64,000 nucleotides of DNA from Candidatus Versatilivorator sp. (GTDB taxonomy: Bacteria > Acidobacteriota > Terriglobia > Versatilivoradales > Versatilivoraceae): assembly GCA_965207735.1 (NCBI GenBank), contig OZ242296.1, positions 160,001 through 224,000 of the forward strand. The letters are read 5' to 3'. A program made the translations under genes and the position numbers. Below, one piece after another: positions 1 through 9,672 of this stretch (positions are counted from its first letter, which is position 1; each line of letters begins with the position of its first letter). Under the pieces are notes generated by a model that was not told the origin of the DNA, made no database searches, and was given only the letters and a program-made list of their open reading frames with translations.

Positions 1-2
1 GG

Positions 3-812
3 GACGGCTTGCCCTGCGCCAGCGTGGCCAATTTGCCCCAGGTCTACCTGGGGCCGGTGGCGGAAAGCACCGCCACCACCGAAGTCGTCATCGCCAACAG
101 CGATCCCAATCCCAGCTCCTGCGAGGTTGCCCTGCTGTTTCACCAGGGCACTTCAGAGGGTTCGGCAGTATCGTTCAACGGCCAGCCCATGGACCGGAAC
201 CTCTTCCAGGCCGCCATTCCCAGGGAAGGCGCCGAGATCGTGACCTTGACCGCTCCCGAGGCGCAGGACCTGGTGACCGGAGCTGTCTATGTGTACGCCA
301 GATCTCCCTGTACGGCTGCATCCCTGCAAGTCCAGGGACGTTCCCTGATCGAGAACCGAAATAATGGCGAGATCGAGGAACTGGTGTCGGTCGCCGGCCA
401 GGCCCCCCGGGACTGGCTGGGGGATGGGGATTGCCGGGTCCTGACCGGTGTTTTCGGCAACGGGCGCAACCTCCGCCTGGCCTCGGTCACCAGTCAGCCC
501 GGAAGCGCCGCTCCCGCCGGCGCCGCGCTTCGGTTCCGCGCCTTCGACCTGAACGGGAAGCTCACCGGCAACGCCACCAGCCTGGCTGTTTCCGGGTCCC
601 GGCATTCCTCCGAGCCCTGGGAATTCTCCGAACCCCGGATCATCGAAATGTGTCTGGAAATTCCGGGGACCAGCAACTTTCGGACCGCCCTCATGGCTTT
701 CGCCTCCAAGACGACCGGCCGAAAAACCCAGATGACCGAGGCGAGCTTCGCGGACGCCTACCGTGTGGGAGACCTCACCGCCTGGTCGGCCGCCGCTTCC
801 GGTGGGAATTGA
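3..812 (+). CDS. C-terminal part of an exported/surface hypothetical protein (5' truncated by window edge)
   Basis: Frame is open from position 3 (gac ggc ttg...) to TGA at 812. The beta-rich sequence LPQVYLG...TTEVVIAN resembles the repeated C-terminal domain of the LRR protein at 58044-59500. Confidence 0.65.
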   Translation, partial: DGLPCASVANLPQVYLGPVAESTATTEVVIANSDPNPSSCEVALLFHQGTSEGSAVSFNGQPMDRNLFQAAIPREGAEIVTLTAPEAQDLVTGAVYVYARSPCTAASLQVQGRSLIENRNNGEIEELVSVAGQAPRDWLGDGDCRVLTGVFGNGRNLRLASVTSQPGSAAPAGAALRFRAFDLNGKLTGNATSLAVSGSRHSSEPWEFSEPRIIEMCLEIPGTSNFRTALMAFASKTTGRKTQMTEASFADAYRVGDLTAWSAAASGGN

Positions 813-831
813 ATGGGAAGGGAATGCTCCC

Positions 832-3447
832 TCACTCCCCATCCGCCTCGCCGGCCAACCGTTCGTAGACGCGCCTGGCCTGATCGAACTGCCCCAGAAC
901 GTGGTTTTTCTCAGCCGATGATCTCCAATCCGGCCACTCCGCCGCCTGCTGCTTCAACCGGTCGATCCATCGCATGAAGTACTCGGCCGAACGCCGGCTG
1001 CGAATCTTGCCGTTGCCGACGTAGACCCGGATGGCATTGGTGGAAGCCATGGGGTAGCCGGTCTCCAGGGGACGGGAACGGCGGGGTCCGGTGGCCGTCA
1101 GGCTGAACCATCCGCTTTTCCTCACCTCGATCGCCTCCTCGATGGAAACCTCCGACTGCCCTTCGGTGAGAGAGAACTCCTTGAGCACCTCGCCGTTGCG
1201 ATAGAGGGTCACCCTTTCCAGGGGGGCGATGGACCGGACCCTGGCCCGCAGACGGATGGTTCCGCCTTCCTCCGGCAGTTCCATTTTTTCCCCGGGAATC
1301 CGGTCGCCGATGCGAAAGTCCAGCAGCGGACCGCTGCTGAAGAAGGTCCTTCCCTGCCGGACAGACTCGATCCAGGATTGAGCCGTCAGCTTGCCCTTCA
1401 GGTGGGCGTAGGTGCGGACGGCCCCCGGCAGGCTGGATCGGTGCAGGTCGGTAATGGCGTCCTCGCCCCCCACCGGCGTGATGCCCAGGTCGTTGTTCAA
1501 CGTGTGGTGCCAGACGCGCAGGGTGGCCGAGTTGGGCGAGGACCACTCCAGGGTGTCGACTGTGCCCAGGGCCGCATCCACCGGGAATGTCCTGGCGTGG
1601 GTCAGACCCTTTTCCAGGGGATCGGTCTCGCCGCCATAGGCGTGGACGTATCCGACCAGGGCCCCTTGAGCCCTGGCCTTGCGAAACATGTCGGTGTTGC
1701 TGGGATAGAGGCTCTCGATGCCGGTGCCTTCGTAGCCGGTGGTGAAGGGCGAGATGAGATGGTCTCGAAGTCCCAGCAGCGAGACGTGGCCGTGAAAGGG
1801 GGGGCGGTACTCCTCTCCCACGATCACCACCAGGTCGGGATCCGACATGGAGACCGGGTGTTCGATCCGGTTGGGAACGAAAGCGTCCCAGTCCAGGATG
1901 CGGTTGTCCTTGTTGGCGATCAGCTCGCAGACCACATCCTGATCCTCGGCTCTGGCCAGGAACATCAGGTTCTCCAGCGTATTCCGCAGGTTTCCGCCGT
2001 AGTTCATGTGTACGTGGGTGGATCCGCTGAACCATCCCCGCGCGGCCATATCGACCATCGGCGACAGCACCAGGCTGACCCGGGAGACCTCGCCGGCCCG
2101 GATCTCCACCTCCTGCCGGGCGGGCCGGTACTCCAGCCCCTTGACCGCCTCGAGAGTCATTTTCCCCGGCGGCAGGGTCATCTCGAATTCTCCGCCGGTA
2201 TGGAAGAGAGGCTCTCCCGAGATGCTGATGCGAGCGTAGCTGTCTCCGGGGGGGTAGAGCTTTCCGTCAGCCGCTTTCGCGTAGATCCGGGCAGCCGTCC
2301 GGCGGCCGGTGCTCCGGTCCCGCACCTCCCCCCGGAGGATGCCCATGGGGCGCTTCCAGTGGTATTCCCGAGGCTGCACCCTCTCCTTGCGGCCGCCGTA
2401 GGTCTCCATCAGCCACAACTGGGGTAAACCGGGGCCGGATGGAAACGGGGGCTGGTTTGAGATGTAGGCGATCCGCTCTCCGTCCGGGGACCAGCGGGGA
2501 TGGAAGTGGTCGTAAGCGCCGAAGGTCAGCTTGTAGGGCGCCCCGCCGGTGACGGGGAGCACGTAGAGGTGGTTGAACTGGTCGGCAGCCCCGCCGGTGG
2601 AGGAGTAGACAAAGCGCTTTCCGTCGGGAGAGAGGTGGGGGCGGGTGCGGTAGAGGCTCTGCTCGTTCAGGACGGGCTCGGCATTGTCCATGCCCGGCCG
2701 GTCGATCGGCATGCGCCACACGTGTCCCGATCCCAGGGGGACGCCCCGGTTGGAAAGCAGGAGCAGCTCTTTTCCGTCCGGGCTCCAGGCGGGTTGAATG
2801 TGCATGTCCCATTCCCCGAAGTAGAGGCGCGTTTTCCCGTAGGAATGGTCCCGGGTGAGCGCGGTGGCCGGCCCGGCCCAGCGCCCCTCCCGGATGGGAC
2901 GCACGTAGATGTTGAAGTACCCGCTGGGTTCGGTGGAGACGTAGGCCAGCCGGTCTCCCTCGGGGGAAAACACCGGATCGGCGTAGAGGTGGGCGTCGTC
3001 GGTCAGGGTGTGGGAAAGCCCCGTTTCCAGGTTCAGGATCTGAAGCTGGATGGTGCGGCCCCCGTGATCGGCGGTGTAGACGATCCACCTGCCGTCCGGG
3101 GACCAGTCGGGAGACGAGTGATAGTGCCTATCGTAGGTCAGTTCAAAGGCTTCCGAGCTCGCCAGGTCGATCCGCCAGATGGAGCCCTGAAGGCCGACCG
3201 CGATCTGCTGGCCGTCGGGAGACCAGGCGGGGGCCCAAGCCGTGGACGAAGGCGCCGGCGGGAGGTAGTAGTTGTGCATGTAGCCACCGCCTTGCCTGGC
3301 GGCGGAATAGGTCCCGCCGGGCCGGGGCGTAGCTTGCCGAGCTGCGTCCGGGGTTTGAGGGGAGCGGGAGCAGCCGGTAGAGGCCAGTCCTCCCAGGGCC
3401 AGCAACAAGACCCAGAAGAGATGAGACAACCGAGGTGCCGGGTTCAT
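832..3447 (-). CDS. TolB/PD40 beta-propeller fused to CehA/McbA-like (PHP-fold) metallohydrolase, probable lipoprotein
   Basis: Multiple PD40 motifs (PAWSPDG, PDWSPDG, PVFSPEG, PRWSPDG), then GSTHVHMN, GEEY, GHV and YVH metal-site motifs. Signal peptide ends in LASTGC. ATG 3447 preferred over TTG 3591, which lies inside a repeat. Confidence 0.85.
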   Translation of the reverse strand: MNPAPRLSHLFWVLLLALGGLASTGCSRSPQTPDAARQATPRPGGTYSAARQGGGYMHNYYLPPAPSSTAWAPAWSPDGQQIAVGLQGSIWRIDLASSEAFELTYDRHYHSSPDWSPDGRWIVYTADHGGRTIQLQILNLETGLSHTLTDDAHLYADPVFSPEGDRLAYVSTEPSGYFNIYVRPIREGRWAGPATALTRDHSYGKTRLYFGEWDMHIQPAWSPDGKELLLLSNRGVPLGSGHVWRMPIDRPGMDNAEPVLNEQSLYRTRPHLSPDGKRFVYSSTGGAADQFNHLYVLPVTGGAPYKLTFGAYDHFHPRWSPDGERIAYISNQPPFPSGPGLPQLWLMETYGGRKERVQPREYHWKRPMGILRGEVRDRSTGRRTAARIYAKAADGKLYPPGDSYARISISGEPLFHTGGEFEMTLPPGKMTLEAVKGLEYRPARQEVEIRAGEVSRVSLVLSPMVDMAARGWFSGSTHVHMNYGGNLRNTLENLMFLARAEDQDVVCELIANKDNRILDWDAFVPNRIEHPVSMSDPDLVVIVGEEYRPPFHGHVSLLGLRDHLISPFTTGYEGTGIESLYPSNTDMFRKARAQGALVGYVHAYGGETDPLEKGLTHARTFPVDAALGTVDTLEWSSPNSATLRVWHHTLNNDLGITPVGGEDAITDLHRSSLPGAVRTYAHLKGKLTAQSWIESVRQGRTFFSSGPLLDFRIGDRIPGEKMELPEEGGTIRLRARVRSIAPLERVTLYRNGEVLKEFSLTEGQSEVSIEEAIEVRKSGWFSLTATGPRRSRPLETGYPMASTNAIRVYVGNGKIRSRRSAEYFMRWIDRLKQQAAEWPDWRSSAEKNHVLGQFDQARRVYERLAGEADGE

Positions 3448-3552
3448 GATCGAGCCTTTCTTTTCGATCCTGATTGAATCCGGCCAGTCTATTACAACCG
3501 TTTCCGACTGCGGCCGCTTTTTACCGGGGTCGCGCCCGCCGAGGCCGCGGGC

Positions 3553-4670
3553 TTGTCTTGCCTGAAACAACCGAAAAAAGACAAAAGACAAAAGACAAAA
3601 GACTTATCCACGAAGGAGCACGAAGAACGACGAAGGGGCACTAAGGCGCTGAGGTTGGCCGCGACGGGGTACCAAGTTCGCGAAGGGATGGTCGATTTCC
3701 GATTGTTTCACTCTCGTATGATCCGCACGGCAGGGCGGGGGCCCGGCTTGTCTGAAACAACCGAAAAAGAGTGATCCACGAAGACACACGAAGGACAACG
3801 AAGGACACAAGGGACAAAGAGGATTTGTCCGCGAAGAAGCCACAAGGACCGCGACGGAGCCAGTGGGGGGGCTTCCGACCCCATCGTGATTTAAAGAGAT
3901 CATTAACATCGATGCACGGGATTCACAGGATTCTTCAGGAAATGGCTGGCTTCTAATGCCGGGAATCCGCAAGTCCGCACCGGATCTTCGCCCGAGTTGG
4001 CTTCTGGTGCAGGAAGCTCTCGTCCTGTCAATCTTGTGCATCCTGTGCATCCATGTTCAATTCTTAGTCCTTCTCGATTGATCTTCCCCGTGGCGGGTCT
4101 TGGCCGTGCCCAACGCCCCGATTCCCAGTCAGCGTCCCGTGCAGCGGCCTCTGGTCCTATTAATCCTGTCTCTTTCCAAAACGCAAACAGCTGGCTGTTT
4201 CTCCTCTGAATGATCCGCCTGGCACGGCGGGGGCCCGGCTTGTCTGAAACAACCGACAAAAGACAAAGAAAAAGACTTATCCACGAAGGGGCACGAAGAA
4301 CGACGAAGGGGCACTAAGGCGCTGAGGTTGGCCGCGACGGGGTACCAAGTTCGCGAAGGGTTGATCGATTTCTGATTGTTTCACTCTATGTATGATCCGC
4401 ACACCAGGGCGGGGGCCCGGCTTGCCTGAAACAACCCTGTTTCACCCTCGGATGATCTGCCCGACAGGGCAGGGGCCTCGCTTGTCTGAAACAAAGGAAA
4501 AAAGACAAAAGAAAAAGAGGAACCCACGAAGGGGCACGAAGGACCACGAAGGGACACGAAGGCGCTGAGGTTAACCGCGACGGGGTGCCAAGGTCACGAA
4601 GGGATGATCGTTTTCCGATTGTTTCACCCTTGTTTGATCCGCCCCGGGGTAGGGTGGCGGGGCCGGGCTC
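3553..4670 (+). repeat. Tandem array of modular inverted-repeat elements (family A, REPIN/BIME-like)
   Basis: Units TGAAACAA...TTGTTTCA at 3563-3710, 4245-4383 and 4487-4626, a long variant at 3753-4202 and an empty unit at 4427-4444. Units are joined by a conserved linker CTCTCGTATGATCCGC..CAGGGCGGGGGCCCGGCTTGTC. Confidence 0.85.
3906..4057. repeat. Inverted-repeat pair with 9-bp periodicity (family B) nested inside a family A unit
   Basis: AACATCGATGCACGGGATTCACAGGATT (~3906-3933) pairs with AATCTTGTGCATCCTGTGCATCCATGTT (~4030-4057), about 24/28 matches. A related arm lies at ~8397-8430. Confidence 0.75.
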
Positions 4671-4757
4671 GCGGACAAACGGGAGTTTTCCAAAGGGCGC
4701 CGGTCGGCTTTCAGAGAAGTCGCCCGCCGGATACGCTCCATCGCACCATCGGGACGA

Positions 4758-4800
4758 CCCACCCGGGAGTGCGGGCGGGACGCCCACGCTCCCGGGTGGG
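4758..4800. repeat. REP-like palindrome
   Basis: CCCACCCGGGAG...CTCCCGGGTGGG is a perfect 12-bp outer stem around GCGGGCGGGACGCCCACG. A half copy (GCCCGCGCTCCCGGGTGGG) lies at 17881-17899. Confidence 0.7.
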
Positions 4801-5040
4801 CATTCTCCCCTGACGCCGTGACACCAACGCCACAATAGTGCAGAAGCACCCGGGATCCGCTCCAAAATGACGTCAAAGCCGCGCCTCAGATTCTGCACCC
4901 TTGCCACGATCACACCCCCGGTAAGAGATGCGGGCTCGCCAAACGGCGCCCGGTTCCCGGCGTTTTCCGGTTGGCCTGATGGAAGGTCTGGGATATCTTC
5001 AAGGCAGCCGGGGACAGTGGCGGTGGGTTGGGGAGGCGAC

Positions 5041-6375
5041 ATGATCCTGAGAGCCTGGATGCGTTCGAGCCTGATGCGGGGTCTGGCGTGCGGGGCGCTG
5101 ACTGCCTTGGCAGCGCTTCCGCTTTGGATGGGGAGTGAAACCGGTCCAACCGAGGCTGCTCTGTCTTCCGCCATTGCGGGCATTCCGGGGACCGGACCGG
5201 CGGCTTCGTCAAGGGCCGAGGGATGGACCGACTTCAGGGGGCCGAGGCGCGACGGCCACTATCGGGAAACCGCTATCCGCACCCGTTGGCCCGAGCAGGG
5301 CTTGAACCCCCTCTGGCGTCGAACCGTCGGCGGCGGATATGCCTCCCTGGTTCTGGCCAAGGGTCGGGGCTTTACCATTGAGCAGCGCGGCGCGCAGGAA
5401 GTGGTAGCGGCTTATGATTTGCGGACGGGGGATGAGATCTGGACTCATTCCTGGGAGGCTGCTTTCGAGGAGTCCCTGGGCGGGGACGGGCCCCGGGCCA
5501 CGCCCACCTGGCACCAGGGCCGGATCTTTGCGCAGGGAGCCACCGGAGAGTTGCGCTGTCTGGACGCTTCCGAGGGGCGATTGATCTGGTCTCGAAACAT
5601 TCTGCAGGACAATAGGGCCAGGAACCTGACCTGGGGTGTGTCGGCCTCGCCCCTGATCGTGGAAGAAAAGGTCATTGTGCTGCCGGGAGGCTCCGGTGGC
5701 AGATCGGTGGCGGCCTACCACAAGGAGACGGGGAATGTCTTGTGGAAATCGCTGAGCGACAAGCAGGCCTACACCTCTCCCATGTGGGTTACCCTGGCCG
5801 GTCAACCCCAGCTTCTGATCGTGAGCGCCAAGCGGATGATGGGGCTCGCCGCCGAGGACGGATCGCTCCTGTGGGACTTCCCCTGGATCACCGACTATGA
5901 CGTCAACGTCGCCCAACCGATCCTGTTGGGAGAGGACCGGGTCTTCATCTCGGCGGGCTATGGCCATGGCGCGGCGGTGGTGCAGGTGAACCGGACGTCC
6001 GGGGGATTTGCGGCGAGCGCCCTTTGGCAGAATCGCCGCATGAAGAACAAGTTCACCAGCTCTGTGCTGAAAGACGGATTTATCTACGGGTTGGACGAAG
6101 GCATCCTTGCCTGCGTCCAGGCCGGGACCGGGGAGCTCAGGTGGAAAGGCGGGCGCTACGGGCACGGGCAGCTTCTTCTGGCCGGGGACCACCTGATTGT
6201 CCTGACCGAGTCGGGCGACCTGGCGCTGGTCAAGGCCGATCCCGAGAGGCAGCAGGAGTTGGCCCGGTTTCCCGCGATTCAGGGCAAGACCTGGAATCAC
6301 CCGGCCATGTCGGAAGGACTGCTTCTGGTCCGCAACTCGCGTGAGATGGCCTGCTTCGACCTGGCTTTGAGATAG
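5041..6375 (+). CDS. PQQ-binding-like (BamB-type) beta-propeller protein
   Basis: Motifs WTDFRGPRRDG, GGGYAS, GPRATP, SASPLI, YTSP and TWNHPA. N-terminal signal/anchor. GGGAGG precedes ATG 5041. Confidence 0.85.
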   Translation: MILRAWMRSSLMRGLACGALTALAALPLWMGSETGPTEAALSSAIAGIPGTGPAASSRAEGWTDFRGPRRDGHYRETAIRTRWPEQGLNPLWRRTVGGGYASLVLAKGRGFTIEQRGAQEVVAAYDLRTGDEIWTHSWEAAFEESLGGDGPRATPTWHQGRIFAQGATGELRCLDASEGRLIWSRNILQDNRARNLTWGVSASPLIVEEKVIVLPGGSGGRSVAAYHKETGNVLWKSLSDKQAYTSPMWVTLAGQPQLLIVSAKRMMGLAAEDGSLLWDFPWITDYDVNVAQPILLGEDRVFISAGYGHGAAVVQVNRTSGGFAASALWQNRRMKNKFTSSVLKDGFIYGLDEGILACVQAGTGELRWKGGRYGHGQLLLAGDHLIVLTESGDLALVKADPERQQELARFPAIQGKTWNHPAMSEGLLLVRNSREMACFDLALR

Positions 6376-6379
6376 CGTC

Positions 6380-6913
6380 ATGGCCAAGGCCCGGTCCATT
6401 GTCGAGGCGCTGTGCAGGGCGGGTATCACCGACGTCGTGGGGCTCCCCGACAACAGTTCGGCGGCCCTGTTCGCCCTGCTGAAGGATGGCGGGGAACCGG
6501 TCATCCGCCGGGTCACCCGCGAAGGGGAGGCTTTCGCCATGGCCGCCGGGCTCTGGATGGGAGGCCGAGCCCCGGCCGTCCTGATTCAGAACACCGGCCT
6601 GCTGGAGAGCGGGGACAGCTTTCGCGGCACGGTCCTGCGCATGAGGATTCCCCTTCTCTGTCTGATCACCTTTCGGGGCTATGCCACGCTGGAACGCTTC
6701 GGACCCCTCCCGGAGAAGCCGGACGGGCGTCTGCTGAGCCGTCCCGACCTGGACTCGGCGGCGGTGCTTACCGAGCCCACCTTGCAGGCCTGGGGATTGC
6801 CCTTCGACTACCTCCATGGCGACCAGGACGTCGCCAAGGTCAACGCCTCGGTTGAGAGGGCCCATCGCCTGTCGACTCCGGTCGCCCTTCTGGTGACGCG
6901 GGAGATGACTTGA
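6380..6913 (+). CDS. Sulfopyruvate/phosphonopyruvate decarboxylase alpha-like subunit (TPP Pyr domain, ComD-like)
   Basis: Motifs VVGLPD, VTREGEAFAMAAG (catalytic Glu), QNTGL, LITFRG and TEPTL. Confidence 0.8.
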   Translation: MAKARSIVEALCRAGITDVVGLPDNSSAALFALLKDGGEPVIRRVTREGEAFAMAAGLWMGGRAPAVLIQNTGLLESGDSFRGTVLRMRIPLLCLITFRGYATLERFGPLPEKPDGRLLSRPDLDSAAVLTEPTLQAWGLPFDYLHGDQDVAKVNASVERAHRLSTPVALLVTREMT

Positions 6914-6985
6914 GATTGAGCTCGCCGTGAGCCGTTCCGCCCCCTTCCGACGCCCTCCCTTGCATCCTGCCTCCCGGGAGGCACC

Positions 6986-8257
6986 ATGCCCGACAGCCTG
7001 AAAGTCACCCGCCAGAAGCGAAGCGGGTTTTTTACCGACTGCAGCCGGCAGGAGTTTGAGCGGCGCCTGGGACGGCTCCGGGAAGAGATGGAGCGGTTGG
7101 GAGTCGACGGACTGCTGCTGACCCAGCAGACCAACGTGCGTTATGCCACGGGATTTTATGAAGTGGGCTGGATCGTGCCCGCCTACTTCTACATGGCTTT
7201 CATTCCCAGAAGGGAGGACCTTCCTCCAGCCGTCTTCTGCCCCGAGGGATGCCAGATTCAGACAGAGGCCGCCTGGGTGGAGACAGTGATCCGATGGGAC
7301 TTCCCGGTGGGATTCTATACCGGCCGCGTCGGCGACAGCCTGGTCCAGGCGACGGCCTCCTGGTTGCGGAAGCTGGGCCTGAGCCGGGCCCATATCGCCA
7401 CAGAGCTGAGCGCCCACTTCCGCATGGGACTGTCGGTGGAATGCTTCGATCGCATTCGGGCGGCCTTGCCCGGGGTTCGCTGGGTCGATTGCGGGGACAT
7501 CATGTGGGCCGTGCGCCGTATCAAGTCTCCGGAAGAGGTGCGGCGGTTGCGGGAGGCGTGCCGCATCTCCTGCCTGGGGGTGAAGGCCGGTTTCGAGGCT
7601 ATAAGCGAGGGAGAGAGCGAACGGGACATTGCCAACATCATGTCGGCCCGGATGCACGCCGAGGGAGGCAGCCAGATCCACTTTCTGGCTCTCTACGCGG
7701 GGCCCGACAGGGCTCTGTGGGCCGATTCGACCCCTCGGCGGGAGATGGTCCTGGCTCGGGGAAGCCTGCTTCAGTTTGACGGTGGCTGCACCTACGACGG
7801 CTACTTCGCCGATTTCAAAAGGTTTGCCTGTCTGGGAGAGCCGACCGCCGATCAGCGCCACGGCTTTGAGATCGCCAAGGCCAGCGAACAGGCGGCCATC
7901 GAGGCAGTCAAGCCGGGCGCCATGTTGGGGGAAGTCTATGAGGCTTCCCAACAGGTTATTCGGGATGCGGGCTATCCCGACTTCGTGGACTGGTGCCAGT
8001 CCATGGGCTGGTCCGGCATCGGTCACAGTCTGGGACTCGACATCCATGAGATGCCGGGGATTTCCATCGGTAGCCGGACCCGGATCGAACCCAACATGGT
8101 GCTGTGCATTGAGCCCTTCTTCTATCACCAAGGCGGGTATCCCCTCTGGGAGGTGAGCAACAAGTACGGGCTGGAGGACGTGGTGCTGGTGACGGAAACC
8201 GGCCGTGAGGTCCTGACCCCGGAGTCGATCGTCAGCCGGGACATCTGGGTGGCCTGA
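6986..8257 (+). CDS. Xaa-Pro peptidase family (M24B) protein
   Basis: Creatinase-N region plus metal ligands FDGG..YFAD, GHSLGLDIHE, IEP and LED. GGAGG SD. Confidence 0.9.
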   Translation: MPDSLKVTRQKRSGFFTDCSRQEFERRLGRLREEMERLGVDGLLLTQQTNVRYATGFYEVGWIVPAYFYMAFIPRREDLPPAVFCPEGCQIQTEAAWVETVIRWDFPVGFYTGRVGDSLVQATASWLRKLGLSRAHIATELSAHFRMGLSVECFDRIRAALPGVRWVDCGDIMWAVRRIKSPEEVRRLREACRISCLGVKAGFEAISEGESERDIANIMSARMHAEGGSQIHFLALYAGPDRALWADSTPRREMVLARGSLLQFDGGCTYDGYFADFKRFACLGEPTADQRHGFEIAKASEQAAIEAVKPGAMLGEVYEASQQVIRDAGYPDFVDWCQSMGWSGIGHSLGLDIHEMPGISIGSRTRIEPNMVLCIEPFFYHQGGYPLWEVSNKYGLEDVVLVTETGREVLTPESIVSRDIWVA

Positions 8258-8294
8258 GAGCTGCGCGCGGGGCGACGCAAGTGATTAGTGACCG

Positions 8295-8520
8295 GCCAGC
8301 CCCCGCCCTGCCGTGCGGATCATACGAGGGTAAAACAAGGAATCTTCATATCCTGCCGGGAATAAGGGCCATATCGTGCTAAACCGGTTTTCGACCAATT
8401 GAACATGGATGCACAGGATAGACAGGATAAACAGCCAGCCGTTTTCGTTTTGGAAATGAAGACGAACCATAAAAAGCACAAAGGTCACAAAACGAATTTC
8501 TTGATTTCGAGTCTTTACGA
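8295..8520. repeat. Composite of repeat fragments (family A linker on minus strand, family B arm, family C arm)
   Basis: 8295-8338 is the reverse complement of the family A linker. 8397-8430 is a family B arm. 8466-8515 matches 44968-45045 (ACCATAAAAAGCACAA...CACAAAACGAATTTCTTGATTTCGAGTCTT). Confidence 0.7.
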
Positions 8521-8700
8521 TCCGAAGTTGATCCCCATGGCGCCGTGTTGACCGGATGTAGGCAGATAGCGTGGAACTCGTGCGACATGTTCGGGAGTCA
8601 ACACCTTGCAAGACAAGGGGTGTCTTGTACCAGCGCTGCTTAGGGCGTACAATCGGTGCCACTTGCAACCACGATCAGGCTGTCGGAGGGAGATTGAACC

Positions 8701-9672
8701 ATGCGAATCGTTCTCATAGCCATCACCGCGATCTGCCTTTGCGTGGCCTGGAACTGCGCCTCTGATCCGCCGCTGCCTTCCGAGACCGACACCCTCAAGC
8801 TGATTACGGAGGGGGTGTGGTTCCGGATGGGCGAGCGAGAGCATGGGCACTGCAACAACGTGGTCATTGATGTCGGGGAAGGCCTGCTTGTGGTGGATGC
8901 GAACTTCCCAAGCGGCGCCCAGGCGCTCATGGAGGACATCAAGCAGGTCACCACCAAGCCGGTCAGCTACGTGTTCGACACCCACCATCACGGGGACCAT
9001 GCCTATGCCAACGCGGTCTGGACCCGGGCCGGCGCCACCACGCTCGCACATGTCGGGGTGGCCGAGGAGATGAAGCGCTATGAGCCCGCCCGCTGGCAGC
9101 AAGCGGCGCAGAGCCGTGAGGATGTGGCCGCGGTGGGCGAGGATACGGTGCAACTTCCGCAAAAGACATTCAGCCAGGTTCCGCACGTTCTGGAAGGGGC
9201 GAGCCGGCGGGTGGAGTTCCATCACTTCGGGTGGGCCCACACGCGAGGGGACGGCATGGTCTATCTGCCGTCAGAGAAGATCCTATGCACGGGCGACGCG
9301 ATCGTGAACGGGCCCTTCAACTACACGGGCGACGGCAACACGGGCAACTGGCCCGATGTGGTCGGAAAGGCCCTGGAGCTGGGCTTCGAAACCATCCTTC
9401 CGGGTCACGGCTCCTCGGGAGGGCGAGAGGTTGCCGAAGGGCAGCGGCAGTTCATGCAGGAAATCAACGCTGCCGTCGAGAAGGCCTTCGAGGACAAGAC
9501 GCCGTTGGAAGACCTGGTGACGCTGGAGGACGGAGCCGGGGTTGCGACGACCGTGAAGTTGTCGGACGAGGTCGGTAACTGGGTCGGCAAGCGGTTTGCG
9601 GAACAGGTGCGAGTGCGGTACGCGGAGCTCGCCGAGGGCAAGCCGCACGGAGAAATCCTGGGCGGACCATGA
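8701..9672 (+). CDS. MBL-fold metallo-hydrolase (cyclase-like), exported/lipoprotein
   Basis: THHHGDH (HxHxDH), AHTRGD, TGD and PGHG motifs. Hydrophobic N-terminus ending in Cys. Confidence 0.9.
   Translation: MRIVLIAITAICLCVAWNCASDPPLPSETDTLKLITEGVWFRMGEREHGHCNNVVIDVGEGLLVVDANFPSGAQALMEDIKQVTTKPVSYVFDTHHHGDHAYANAVWTRAGATTLAHVGVAEEMKRYEPARWQQAAQSREDVAAVGEDTVQLPQKTFSQVPHVLEGASRRVEFHHFGWAHTRGDGMVYLPSEKILCTGDAIVNGPFNYTGDGNTGNWPDVVGKALELGFETILPGHGSSGGREVAEGQRQFMQEINAAVEKAFEDKTPLEDLVTLEDGAGVATTVKLSDEVGNWVGKRFAEQVRVRYAELAEGKPHGEILGGP

Noticed and set aside
3553-4670. CRISPR array (constant unit begins GTTTCA and ends TGAAAC)
   Set aside because: The unit is ~54 bp and degenerate. Intervening segments range from ~6 to ~440 bp and are homologous to each other. 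Copies are dispersed and no cas genes are present.
3553-5040. Short ORFs in the repeat region, also 17740-18430, 37942-38292 and 44902-45232
   Set aside because: They are translations of the repeats (HEERRR, NPVNPVH, FVPFVLFV-type periodic peptides) or shadow frames.
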